This document shows, one piece after another, positions 1 to 8,764 of a stretch of DNA of 50,005 nt. The position numbers were made by a program, and so were the translations under genes. The stretch comes from an uncultured Treponemataceae bacterium. Its GTDB lineage: Bacteria > Spirochaetota > Spirochaetia > Treponematales > UBA12059. Positions within the stretch are counted from its first letter, which is position 1. The number at the start of each line of letters is the position of its first letter. The stretch covers positions 1 to 50,005 of the forward strand of contig CAZNNA010000001.1 of NCBI GenBank assembly GCA_964573825.1, given 5' to 3'. The notes beneath the pieces are model-generated. The model saw only the letters and a list, made by a program, of their open reading frames with translations, made no database searches and was not told the DNA's origin.

Positions 1-2
1 TC

Positions 3-1118
3 TACGTCCGCGCGGAGTATCCCCTGGCCGTTAAGCGCGTGCGCGCCGCCGCCGAGGTGGCGGAGGCCGCCGGTCTCCTTGGCAAGGACATCATGGGCTC
101 GGGCGTCGACTTCGAGCTGCGCGTCATGGAAGGCGCCGGCGCCTTCGTCTGCGGCGAGGCGAGCGCCATGGTCTCGTCCATCATGGGCAATCGCGGCATG
201 CCGCGCCCCAAGCCCCCGCGCACGGCGGAGAAGGGCCTGTGGGCCATGCCTACCGTCGTCAACAACGTCGAGACGCTCGCCCAGGTCGCGTTCATAGTCG
301 ACCAGGGCGCCGCCGAGTACCGCCGTCTCGGTACGGCCGGTTCGCCCGGTACCAAGACCTACGCGCTCACGGGCCACGTGGCAAACACCGGCCTCATCGA
401 GGTACCCTTCGGCGCCACGCTACGCCGCGTCGTGTTCGATATCGGCGGAGGCGTCCTCGATAAGGACGGCAAGCCCGATAACGGGGCCTTCAAGGCGGTC
501 CAGATCGGCGGCCCCTCCGGCGGCTGCCTGACCAGGGATCACCTGGACGTGCCCATGGACTTCGATTCGCTCTCCGATATCGGAGCCATGGTCGGCTCGG
601 GCGGCCTCGTCGTCATGAACGACTCGACCTGCATGGTGCAGGTAGCCCGCTTCTTCATGCAGTTCACGCAGCGCGAGTCCTGCGGCAAGTGCGTGCCTTG
701 CCGCGAGGGTACCCAGCAGATCCTGGCCATGCTCGACGACATCATCGAGGGGCGCGCCACGCTCGAGACGCTGTCGCTGCTCGAGGAGCTCTGCGAGAAC
801 GTCGCGGCCAGCTCGCTCTGCGGCCTGGGCGCCTCGGCGCCCAACCCTGTGCTGTCCATGCTCAAGCACTTCCGGGCCGAGTTCGAGGAGCACGTGGTGG
901 ATAAGCGTTGCCCGACCTGTAACTGCGCCGCCCTGTCGCCCCTGCGCATCGACGCGGCGCTCTGCAAGGGCTGTACGGCCTGCGCCAAGAAGTGCCCGGT
1001 AGGGGCGATAAGCGGCGGGCCGAGGCAGCCTCACGTCATCGACGCCGAGAAGTGTATCCGCTGCGGCGCCTGTATCGCCGCCTGTAAGTTCAACGCCATC
1101 AAGAAGGGGAGCGTATGA
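3..1118 (+). CDS. NuoF-like NAD(P)H-binding flavoprotein subunit of a multimeric [FeFe]-hydrogenase (HydB/HndC-like), 5' end cut by the window edge
   Basis: Frame is open to the window start (YVRAEYPLAV...). NuoF-type motifs GAGAFVCGEASAM and ESCGKCVPCREG. Two C-terminal CxxCxxCxxxCP ferredoxin motifs. Stop overlaps the hydA start (ATGA at 1115-1118). Confidence 0.9.
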   Translation, partial: YVRAEYPLAVKRVRAAAEVAEAAGLLGKDIMGSGVDFELRVMEGAGAFVCGEASAMVSSIMGNRGMPRPKPPRTAEKGLWAMPTVVNNVETLAQVAFIVDQGAAEYRRLGTAGSPGTKTYALTGHVANTGLIEVPFGATLRRVVFDIGGGVLDKDGKPDNGAFKAVQIGGPSGGCLTRDHLDVPMDFDSLSDIGAMVGSGGLVVMNDSTCMVQVARFFMQFTQRESCGKCVPCREGTQQILAMLDDIIEGRATLETLSLLEELCENVAASSLCGLGASAPNPVLSMLKHFRAEFEEHVVDKRCPTCNCAALSPLRIDAALCKGCTACAKKCPVGAISGGPRQPHVIDAEKCIRCGACIAACKFNAIKKGSV

Positions 1119-3121
1119 GCGGCTTCGTAACCATAGACGGCATCAAGGTTCCCATCGAGGGTGAGAAGAACCTCCTGGCGATGTGCCGCAAGGCCCACAT
1201 CGATATACCGACCTTCTGCTACCATAGCAAGCTGTCGACCTACGGCGCCTGTAGGCTGTGCCTGGTGGAGATCAACGGCAAGGAGATCGACGCCAGCTGC
1301 GTGGTGCCGCCCAAGGACGGCATGTCCATACGCACCAACACCGCCAAGATCAGGTCGATGAGGCGCATGAACCTGGAGCTCCTCCTCGCCAACCACAGGC
1401 AGGACTGCCCTACCTGCGATCGCTCCGCGACCTGTAAGCTGCGCGACCTATCGGCCAAGATGGGCATACGCGAGCCGCGCTTCAAGCGCCTTCGCGAGGA
1501 GCGCCCGCTGGACGAGGGCTCCGTGGCCCTGATACGCGATCCCAATAAATGCATCCTCTGCGGCGACTGCGTCCGCTACTGCGCCGAGATCCAGGGCGTC
1601 GGCGCCATAGACTTCGCCAACCGAGGCGCCGACGTGGTGGTCACGCCGGCCTTCGGGAAGTCCCTCGGCGAGGTAGACTGCGTCAACTGCGGCCAGTGCG
1701 CCGCTGTCTGCCCCACGGCCGCCATAGTCCCGCGCTCGCCGGTCGATAGGGTCTGGTCCGCCATAGACGACGAGGACACCCTAGTGGTCGCCCAGATCGC
1801 CCCGGCCGTCCGCGTGGCGCTCGGCGAGCGCTTCGGGGCCAGGCCCGGCGAGAACGTCGCCGGCAAGATCGTCACGGCCCTCCGCATGCTCGGCTTCGAC
1901 AAGGTCTACGATACGGCCTTCGGCGCCGACCTGACGGTCGTCGAGGAGGCGGGCGAATTCCAGGCCCGGGCCGCCCAGGGCGGTCGCCTGCCCATCTTCA
2001 CCTCCTGCTGCCCCGCCTGGGTCAAGTACGCCGAGCAGTTCTTCCCCGAGCTCCTGCCCAACCTGAGCTCGTGCATGTCTCCGCAGGCGATGATGGGTTC
2101 CATCATCCGCGAGGACGAGTCGCGCCGCGGAAGCGGCAAGCGCGTCGTCGTCGTGTCCGTCATGCCCTGCGTGGCCAAGAAGTACGAGGTCTCGCGGCCC
2201 GAGCTGAGCCGCGACGGCAAGCGGCTCGTCGACTACGCCATGACGACGGCCGAGCTCGCCTCCATGATAGAGGAGGCCGGCCTGCGCTTCGCGGACCTGC
2301 CCTCGGGTTCCATGGATATGCCCTTCGGCTTCGCCACCGGCGCGGGCCTCGTGTTCGGCGACTCGGGCGGCGTGTCCGAGGCGGTAGCCCGCTACGTGGG
2401 CGCCCCGGTCGATCCGCTCGACGGCAGGGCCCTCGAGCTCAAGGACGAGGTCCCGGGCGGCGGCATACGGTCGGCTACGCTGTCCGTGGGCGGCAAGGAC
2501 CTGACCGTGGTCGTGGTCCAGGGGCTCGGCAACGCCAAGGTCGTCGCCAAGGGTATCCTGGACGGCACGCGCAAGGCCGATATCGTCGAGGTGATGGCCT
2601 GCCCCGGCGGCTGCGTCGGCGGCGCCGGCCAGCCCATCTGCCACGATCCCAGCGTGGTCGCCCGCCGCAAGGAAGGCATGCGCGACGTCGACGGCGCTCG
2701 CGAGCTCAGGGAGGCGAGCGAGAATCCCTTCGTGCCCAAGTTCTACGCCGAGATCCTGGGCGGAAAGCCGGGCGGCCACGAGTCGCACGCGCTCCTCCAT
2801 ACGCGCTATGCCAGCAAGAAGCGCATCCAGGATACGAGCATACCGCTCGTCCGGGGCGGCAAGGCCGAGAAGGTCTCCGTCAAGGTCTGCGTCGGTACGA
2901 GCTGCTTCCTTAAAGGCAGCCAGGCCGTCCTGAGAGACCTCCTGGCCGCGGTGGAGGCCGAGGGGCTCCAGGACTACGTCGACGTGAGCGCTACGTTCTG
3001 CTCCGAGCGCTGCGATCGCGGACCCACCGTGCACGTGGGCTCGGAGACCCTCTTCAAGGCCGACGCCGACGCCGTGATGGCCGTCGTCAGGCCCAAGGTC
3101 AAGGTAGCCGCGAGCGTCTAG
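1115..3121 (+). CDS. hydA: [FeFe]-hydrogenase catalytic subunit with N-terminal 2Fe-2S/4Fe-4S accessory domains and a C-terminal thioredoxin-like 2Fe-2S (NuoE/HndA-like) extension
   Basis: H-cluster motifs FTSCCPAW, MPCVAKKYE and MACPGGCVGGAGQP. HxxxCxxCxxxxxC (HRQDCPTCDRSATC). Two CxxCxxCxxxCP motifs. C-terminal CVGTSC...CSERC pattern. Confidence 0.95.
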   Translation: MSGFVTIDGIKVPIEGEKNLLAMCRKAHIDIPTFCYHSKLSTYGACRLCLVEINGKEIDASCVVPPKDGMSIRTNTAKIRSMRRMNLELLLANHRQDCPTCDRSATCKLRDLSAKMGIREPRFKRLREERPLDEGSVALIRDPNKCILCGDCVRYCAEIQGVGAIDFANRGADVVVTPAFGKSLGEVDCVNCGQCAAVCPTAAIVPRSPVDRVWSAIDDEDTLVVAQIAPAVRVALGERFGARPGENVAGKIVTALRMLGFDKVYDTAFGADLTVVEEAGEFQARAAQGGRLPIFTSCCPAWVKYAEQFFPELLPNLSSCMSPQAMMGSIIREDESRRGSGKRVVVVSVMPCVAKKYEVSRPELSRDGKRLVDYAMTTAELASMIEEAGLRFADLPSGSMDMPFGFATGAGLVFGDSGGVSEAVARYVGAPVDPLDGRALELKDEVPGGGIRSATLSVGGKDLTVVVVQGLGNAKVVAKGILDGTRKADIVEVMACPGGCVGGAGQPICHDPSVVARRKEGMRDVDGARELREASENPFVPKFYAEILGGKPGGHESHALLHTRYASKKRIQDTSIPLVRGGKAEKVSVKVCVGTSCFLKGSQAVLRDLLAAVEAEGLQDYVDVSATFCSERCDRGPTVHVGSETLFKADADAVMAVVRPKVKVAASV

Positions 3122-3141
3122 CGGTATCGGAAGATTCTTAG

Positions 3142-3176
3142 AGCGCCGTTCGGTAAGGCCGGGCGGCGCTTTTTTC
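3142..3176 (+). terminator. Rho-independent terminator after hydA
   Basis: 7-bp GC stem AGCGCCG (3142-3148) / CGGCGCT (3164-3170) followed by a T6 run. Confidence 0.6.
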
Positions 3177-3226
3177 ATGGTACACTCGCTATCGGCCGCA
3201 GACTCGCGTGGGGAGGCGTGTTGGTA

Positions 3227-3448
3227 ATGAAGAGCATCTATGACGATTTAGCCGAAAGGCTCGCGCTCGATCCGAGCGTGGCTAGGCGCACGGGACCACG
3301 ACAGGATATCGGTATCCTGCTCTTCTCCCAGCGCGATGATATAGCGGCGCTCTGGAAGGCCGCCGATCGTAGCCTGCGCGGCCTCGCCGAGCCCGGCGAG
3401 CTCTCCGGCGCGGTCGAGCGCCTGAGGCCCCTCTTCGGCGAACGCTGA
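3227..3448 (+). CDS. small hypothetical protein (73 aa)
   Basis: ORF with GGGGAGG about 10 nt upstream of the ATG. No recognisable family. Convergent with the TetR gene. Confidence 0.3.
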   Translation: MKSIYDDLAERLALDPSVARRTGPRQDIGILLFSQRDDIAALWKAADRSLRGLAEPGELSGAVERLRPLFGER

Positions 3449-3452
3449 CTAG

Positions 3453-4043
3453 CTAGGCGGACATGGCCCTGAGGAGGAGTCGCAGGTCGGCCTCCAGGCG
3501 CTCGCCGAGGTCGTAGGATCCCTCGCGTAGGCACCAGTCGAAGATGATGCCCCTGACCCAGCGTATGATGTCGTCCGCGTAGGCCTCGGCGGTCTTGACC
3601 GGCGCCAGCCCCCCGGCCTCCACTCCCCTGGTAGCGGCCCCTACGACGAGGTCGTAGACCTGCCGTTCCCTGCTCAGGGTATACTTGTCGGCGGCGCCTA
3701 GCATGTAGCGATAGGCCTGGGAGATGAAGAACCAGCCGAGCTCGGTCAGTAGGCGACCGGTCTCGCGCATGACGGCCACGATATCGTCGTCCCAGTCACC
3801 GGGCGATCGGCCCTCGATGCGCTCGGAGAGCATGGCGTCGACCTGGGCGTGGCCTACGTTTATTATGTCTTCCTTGGATCCGAAGTGGTGGTAGAAGGCG
3901 CCGATCGAGATGCCCGCGTCGGCGCATATGTCCTTGATGGTGACCACGTCGTAGCCGCGTTCCTTAATGAGGGCTATCGCCGCCTTCGTTATGCGAAGCT
4001 TCGTGGCCACGGCCTGTCGGTGCCTGTTCGTTCCCGTATCCAT
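3453..4043 (-). CDS. TetR/AcrR family transcriptional regulator
   Basis: N-terminal HTH signature ITKAAIALIKERGYDVVTIKDICADAGISIGAFYHHFGSKEDI. Confidence 0.9.
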   Translation of the reverse strand: MDTGTNRHRQAVATKLRITKAAIALIKERGYDVVTIKDICADAGISIGAFYHHFGSKEDIINVGHAQVDAMLSERIEGRSPGDWDDDIVAVMRETGRLLTELGWFFISQAYRYMLGAADKYTLSRERQVYDLVVGAATRGVEAGGLAPVKTAEAYADDIIRWVRGIIFDWCLREGSYDLGERLEADLRLLLRAMSA

Positions 4044-4139
4044 CTAGCGAACGCTCCTCCCTCTCCTCGGCGCTTGGCGGCGTACCGTACCGACCATCGG
4101 TGGTTCGCCTGTCTTTATCAATAAATAATTAATTATATA

Positions 4140-4193
4140 TTGACAGTTTCGCGAGACCATTGTAGTCTGTTCACCGAACAATATTCGGCGAAC
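4140..4193 (+). promoter_or_regulatory. candidate sigma70-type promoter (TTGACA-17-TAGTCT) plus inverted-repeat operator GTTCACCGAA-N5-TTCGGCGAAC, likely the TetR site
   Basis: Lies in the AT-rich divergent intergenic region. TTGACA at 4140-4145. The 10-nt arms at 4169-4178 and 4184-4193 are reverse complements with 1 mismatch. Confidence 0.45.
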
Positions 4194-4249
4194 GTGTTAC
4201 GGCGAATCCTGCCGTGCCACTGTAGCCTAGCTTCCCGTAAGGAGTATAT

Positions 4250-5785
4250 ATGGCTGATTACGATGTGGTCGTCATAGGCGCCGGCAACGGCGGACTATCG
4301 GCGGCGCTCACCGTGGCCCAGGCGGGGTCGCGGGTACTGCTCCTGGAGCGGCACAACATACCCGGCGGCTGCGGCACGAGCTTCCGGCGAGGCCGCTTCG
4401 AATTCGAGGTCGCCCTGCACCAGCTCAGCTCCATGGGTAGCCCGCAGAAGCCCGGCCCGCTCCGCGAGCTCTTCAGGAAGTACGGCATAGAGCAGGGCAT
4501 TGACTGGATACCGATCGATACGCTCTTCAAGGTCAACCTGCCGGGCGGCCTATCCGTATCCATACCCGCAGACCGGGCCGAGGCCGAGAAGGCGCTATCG
4601 GGGCGCTTCCCCGCGGAGGCGAGCGCCATAGCCGCCTACTTCGACCTGGTCTACCGCTTCAGCAAGGAGAGCGCCGACTTCATGGCCGCGAGCGCCGCCT
4701 CCAAGGGCGAGCCCTCCGCGCTCAAGAAGCTCCTGACCAAGGCGCTCTTCGCCAAGAAGTACCCGGCCCTGGCCGGCTACGGCCTCAAGAGCAGCCAGGA
4801 GGTGCTCGACGAGTTCTTCGAGAGCGAGGAGCTCAAGCGCTGCCTGGACGCCTACTGGTGCTTCATGGGCATGCCGCCCGACCGCTTCCCCTTCTCCATC
4901 CTGGCCCGCTGTACCTCCATCTATATCGAGGACAAGCCCTACTACCTGCGCGGCGGCTCGCAGGTAATCAGCCAGGCGCTGGCGGAGGCCATACGCAGGC
5001 ACGGCGGCGAGCTGCGCTTCAACTGCGGCGTCAAGAAGATACTCCTCGATAACGGCGCGGCCGTCGGCGTCGTCACGGACGAGGGACAGACGATTCGCTG
5101 CAAGCGCATCATATCCAACATCTCCCCGGTCCATACCTACCATAAGCTGCTCGATCCTTCCGAGGTGCCGGAGGCGGCGAGCGAGTACCTCAAGGGCTAC
5201 GCCGTGGGCATCTCGGCCCTGACCTGCTTCATCGGCCTGGACTGCCCGCCCGAGACCATAGGCTTTACAGACTCCTTCAACCTGATATACGACAGCGTCG
5301 ACGCCAACGAGTCCTTCGCCGGCGCCTACGCGCTCATGCCCGAGCGCGATCCCATCATCGCCACCAACTACACGGTGGACGACCCCTCGGTATCGCCGCC
5401 CGGGACGAGCCAGATAACCGCCGGCACGCTCAAGTACGCCCAGCCTTGGACGGAGCTATCGCCCGAGCGCTACTACGAGACCAAGTACGCGGCCGCGGCC
5501 ATGATACTGGAGCGCCTGGAGAAGCGCTTCCCCGGTATCAAGGACCATATCGAGGAGATCGAGGTAGCCACGCCGCTCACCCATATGCGCTACCTGGGGC
5601 ACCCGGGCGGAGCCATCTACGGCTTCGAGCAGGACCTGAAGTCTTCCGTCTTCTTCTTTCCCCGGGACGAGTTCATCAAGAACCTCAGCTTCGCCAGCGG
5701 CTGGGTCAACGTCTGCGGTTTCGGACCGAACTACCTGTACGGTAACGCGGTCGGTACGAGGATAGCCAACGAGGTGCGAGCATGA
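4250..5785 (+). CDS. FAD-dependent oxidoreductase of the phytoene desaturase (CrtI)-like family
   Basis: N-terminal Rossmann motif DVVVIGAGNGGLSAAL...LLLERHNIPGGC. Length 511 aa. AAGGAG RBS at 4239-4244. Confidence 0.85.
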   Translation: MADYDVVVIGAGNGGLSAALTVAQAGSRVLLLERHNIPGGCGTSFRRGRFEFEVALHQLSSMGSPQKPGPLRELFRKYGIEQGIDWIPIDTLFKVNLPGGLSVSIPADRAEAEKALSGRFPAEASAIAAYFDLVYRFSKESADFMAASAASKGEPSALKKLLTKALFAKKYPALAGYGLKSSQEVLDEFFESEELKRCLDAYWCFMGMPPDRFPFSILARCTSIYIEDKPYYLRGGSQVISQALAEAIRRHGGELRFNCGVKKILLDNGAAVGVVTDEGQTIRCKRIISNISPVHTYHKLLDPSEVPEAASEYLKGYAVGISALTCFIGLDCPPETIGFTDSFNLIYDSVDANESFAGAYALMPERDPIIATNYTVDDPSVSPPGTSQITAGTLKYAQPWTELSPERYYETKYAAAAMILERLEKRFPGIKDHIEEIEVATPLTHMRYLGHPGGAIYGFEQDLKSSVFFFPRDEFIKNLSFASGWVNVCGFGPNYLYGNAVGTRIANEVRA

Positions 5786-6948
5786 AGAGCATGAAGGAAA
5801 TCATCATCGGTCGGATGGTCCACGGCGAGGAGACCCTCGAGGAGATCCGCTACGTGCGCAAGAGCCGCGGCGACTATAGCGGCGAGCGGACGCGGAGCGC
5901 CGACATCGTCGGCAGGCTGCACCGCGACTCGCTCAGGCTGCGCGTCTCCGAGATCATCGAGGAGACCAAGGACGTCAAGTCCTTCCGGCTCGTCTCGGCC
6001 GACGGCTACCTGCCGCCCTTCGAGGCCGGCCAGTACGTGAATATCTTCACGGAGATAGGCGGCGTTCGCACGAGCCGTCCGTACAGCATATCCTCGTCGC
6101 CCAGGCAGCGGGCGTATTACCAGATCACCGTGGGGCGCATCCCCAAGGGCTTCGTCTCCGACTACTTCCTTGACAAGGTCGCCGTGGGCGCCGAGTTCGA
6201 GGCCAACGGGCCGGCGGGCTGCTTCCGTTACAATCCCCTGTCCCACAGGCGCAAGCAGCTCTTCCTGGCCGGCGGCACCGGTATCACGCCGTTCATGAGC
6301 ATGCTATCGGAGGCGCTCGATCGCGGCGTCGATAGGGATGCCGTACTCATCTATGGCGTTCGTAGCCAGGAGCTGGCGATCTTCGACGAACGGCTCAGGG
6401 ACTACGCGGCTCGCCATCCCAACTTCTCCTATCACCTCGTGGTGTCGGACGAGAGCGCCTGCTGGGACGGGCGCAAGGGCTTCATAGACGCTCGCTGCAT
6501 AGCCGAGCTGGTGCCGGACTATAAGGAGCGCACCGCCTATATCTGCGGGCCTTCCGTCATGTACGAGTTCTGCGTCAAGGAGCTGCGCGCGCTGGGCATG
6601 GCCGAGAAGGATATCAGGCGCGAGATGTTCGGCGCCCGCCAGGACATCCAGAACGAGCCCGGCTGGCCGCGCGAGCTCCGCGGCACGGAGACCTTCAAGC
6701 TGAGGGTCGGTAAGGACCGCGTCGTCGAGGCCAAGTCAGGCGAGTCCCTCCTCGTGGCGCTCGAGCGGTCCGGCGTCCGCATGAACGTCTGCTGCCGCTC
6801 TGGCGAGTGCAGCCTCTGCAGGGTCAGGCTCGTGTCCGGCAAGGTGTTCCAGCCCCGGGGCGTCCTCCTCAGGCTAGCCGACGAGAAGTACGGCTACGTG
6901 CATTCATGCAAGTCGTATCCCATAAGCGACGTAGAGATCCTGTTGTGA
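5782..6948 (+). CDS. ferredoxin-NAD(P) reductase-like flavoprotein with C-terminal plant-type 2Fe-2S domain
   Basis: RPYSISS FAD motif, GGTGITP NAD(P) motif and C-terminal CRSGECSLCRVRL 2Fe-2S motif. ATGA overlap with the upstream gene. Confidence 0.85.
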   Translation: MKSMKEIIIGRMVHGEETLEEIRYVRKSRGDYSGERTRSADIVGRLHRDSLRLRVSEIIEETKDVKSFRLVSADGYLPPFEAGQYVNIFTEIGGVRTSRPYSISSSPRQRAYYQITVGRIPKGFVSDYFLDKVAVGAEFEANGPAGCFRYNPLSHRRKQLFLAGGTGITPFMSMLSEALDRGVDRDAVLIYGVRSQELAIFDERLRDYAARHPNFSYHLVVSDESACWDGRKGFIDARCIAELVPDYKERTAYICGPSVMYEFCVKELRALGMAEKDIRREMFGARQDIQNEPGWPRELRGTETFKLRVGKDRVVEAKSGESLLVALERSGVRMNVCCRSGECSLCRVRLVSGKVFQPRGVLLRLADEKYGYVHSCKSYPISDVEILL

Positions 6949-6962
6949 TGGAAGGAGTCGAC

Positions 6963-7766
6963 ATGAAGACCAAGGCTTTCTTGCCGGGCCTGGGACGAAC
7001 GGGCCTCTGGGCTCTCGCCACCCTCGCCATAGGCGGCGTGAGCATCCTGACCTCGTTCCAGCCTCTCTGGGCTAACATACCCTTCAATATCGTTGCGCCT
7101 ATCCTGGTGCTCATCTTCCTGAAGACGGTGTTCTTCGAGAAGCTCAAGCTGTCCACCCTGATCGTCATGCGGGCCCTGATAGTCGTGGCGGTCCTGGGCT
7201 TCATTCCCGGGCCGACCTACGTGACCGTAGTGCTGGCCTTCCTGGTCATCAACATTCTCGAGGCGACGCTGACCGACCTCAAGAAGGGCAAGGTCTGGAA
7301 CGCCGTGAGCGGCCTGGCCCTCGCGGCCTCGGTCTTCCTGTTCTTCGGGGGCACGAGCGCCTGGATCGACCCCGATTCCTGGTACGGCCCCTACTACACG
7401 GCAGACGCCCGTACCGGCCTGGCCACGGTCTGCTGGATCATCGCGTACACGATATGGAACTGGCTCTTCGTCACCCACGAGTTCAGCCCGTCTATAGCCT
7501 TCCTGCACGTCGGCATACTCGCAGTTCCGCTGGTCGGGATGATCGGCTTCGCCGACCCCGGCCTCTGGCTGATCCTCCGGGCGAACAGCCTGACCGTCGG
7601 CGGCGTCCTGCAGATCTCGTGCAAGGCACGGCTCGAGGAGCGCCTGGAGAGCGAGCGCATGGCCGGCATCGTGGCCGCCGTCGGGAAGCGGGGGCCGCAG
7701 GTCGTCCTGATGATCCTGAACCTCGCGCTCATCGGCGCGCCCCTGGTCCTAGGGCTGGCGCGCTAG
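6963..7766 (+). CDS. polytopic membrane protein, paralogue of the next gene
   Basis: Multiple hydrophobic helices. GGAAGGAG RBS before the ATG at 6963. Shares INILEA/LNIAEA, WNAVSGLA/WNVMNGVAG and WIIAYTIWNWLF/WIVAYGLWNLSY with 7841..8764. The upstream part of the 6807 ORF overlaps the previous gene and is rejected. Confidence 0.7.
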   Translation: MKTKAFLPGLGRTGLWALATLAIGGVSILTSFQPLWANIPFNIVAPILVLIFLKTVFFEKLKLSTLIVMRALIVVAVLGFIPGPTYVTVVLAFLVINILEATLTDLKKGKVWNAVSGLALAASVFLFFGGTSAWIDPDSWYGPYYTADARTGLATVCWIIAYTIWNWLFVTHEFSPSIAFLHVGILAVPLVGMIGFADPGLWLILRANSLTVGGVLQISCKARLEERLESERMAGIVAAVGKRGPQVVLMILNLALIGAPLVLGLAR

Positions 7767-7840
7767 CGGAAACCGCTTCCCCGAACCCACGGAAGGATTC
7801 CGCGCCGGGGTTCGGGGAAATGCGAAAGGAAGGTACCGTG

Positions 7841-8764
7841 ATGTTTTTCTTTCAAGGCTACACCCCCGCCTCCCTGGCGGCCGCGGTCGGCTTGCTCGCC
7901 GCCCTCCTCCTCGTGAACGAGGTGACGCGAAGAAGCCGCGTCGCTAGCGCGCTCGCCTACGTCGTCGTTCCCGTCGCCTTCACGCTCTTCCTATGGCCGA
8001 GGACGGCAGGCGGCGGCTCCAACTCGGGTTACTGGTTCGCCTGGGTCAAGACCTACTCGGCGCTGGCGGGCGTCGTGGGCTTCATGCTCATTCGCTACGT
8101 CAAGCGCCTCCAGGACAAGCGCGTCGCGCTGGCCTTTCCCGCCTTCATACTCATCCTCAATATCGCCGAGGCCATCTATCGCGAGTTCGAGATCAGCGCG
8201 CTGCGCGGCGTCGTACAGAACGGCCTTATGCTAGAGGGCGGCGCGTGGAACGTCATGAACGGCGTGGCCGGCATTCTGCTCGTGCTTTCCATGAGCGGCT
8301 TCCTGGGCATTCGCGTCGCCAAGACCAAGAGCCAGGACATGGTCTGGCCGGATCAGCTGTGGTTCTGGATCGTAGCCTACGGTCTCTGGAACCTGTCCTA
8401 TTGCTATAACTGCATATCCAATAGGTCGTTCTACGCCGGCTTCGTGCTGCTCGTCGCGGGAACCCTGGCCGACTTCGTTATCAGGCAGGGCGCCTGGCTC
8501 CAGCATCGGGCCCAGACCCTGGCGCTGTTCGCCATGTTCTCGCTGACCTATCCGGGCTACGCCGACATGGCGATATTCTCCATAACCTCGACGCAAGCCG
8601 CGGCTCCCAAGCTGGCGCTGGCGATAGCGTCCCTGGCGTTCAACGCGGCGGTCTTCGCCTACCAGGTCTACTCGGTGGTTCGCTCGCGGAAGAATCCGCT
8701 CACGCAGGATATCCACGCGAGGCTCGCGGCCTATAGGAAGGCGCTATCGGTTAACGGGCTGTAG
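7841..8764 (+). CDS. polytopic membrane protein, paralogue of 6963..7766 (possibly a DUF5692-like family, from memory)
   Basis: Hydrophobic profile. GAAAGGAAGG RBS before the ATG at 7841. The upstream 129 codons of the ORF are Arg/Pro-rich out-of-context sequence. Confidence 0.7.
   Translation: MFFFQGYTPASLAAAVGLLAALLLVNEVTRRSRVASALAYVVVPVAFTLFLWPRTAGGGSNSGYWFAWVKTYSALAGVVGFMLIRYVKRLQDKRVALAFPAFILILNIAEAIYREFEISALRGVVQNGLMLEGGAWNVMNGVAGILLVLSMSGFLGIRVAKTKSQDMVWPDQLWFWIVAYGLWNLSYCYNCISNRSFYAGFVLLVAGTLADFVIRQGAWLQHRAQTLALFAMFSLTYPGYADMAIFSITSTQAAAPKLALAIASLAFNAAVFAYQVYSVVRSRKNPLTQDIHARLAAYRKALSVNGL

Noticed and set aside
1781-3178. 465-aa ORF antisense to hydA, plus similar long antisense or alternative-frame ORFs (e.g. 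12840-14030, 16141-17004, 16526-17446, 17188-17931, 40600-41673, 48320-49819)
   Set aside because: Each lies opposite, or out of frame with, a gene that has unmistakable family motifs. Their translations are Arg/Gly/Ala/Pro-rich with no motifs. High GC suppresses stop codons in non-coding frames.
4100-4140. AT-rich TATCAATAAATAATTAATTATATAT stretch as a third Fur box
   Set aside because: It resembles the Fur consensus only loosely. It is better explained as the AT-rich core of the divergent TetR/oxidoreductase promoter region.
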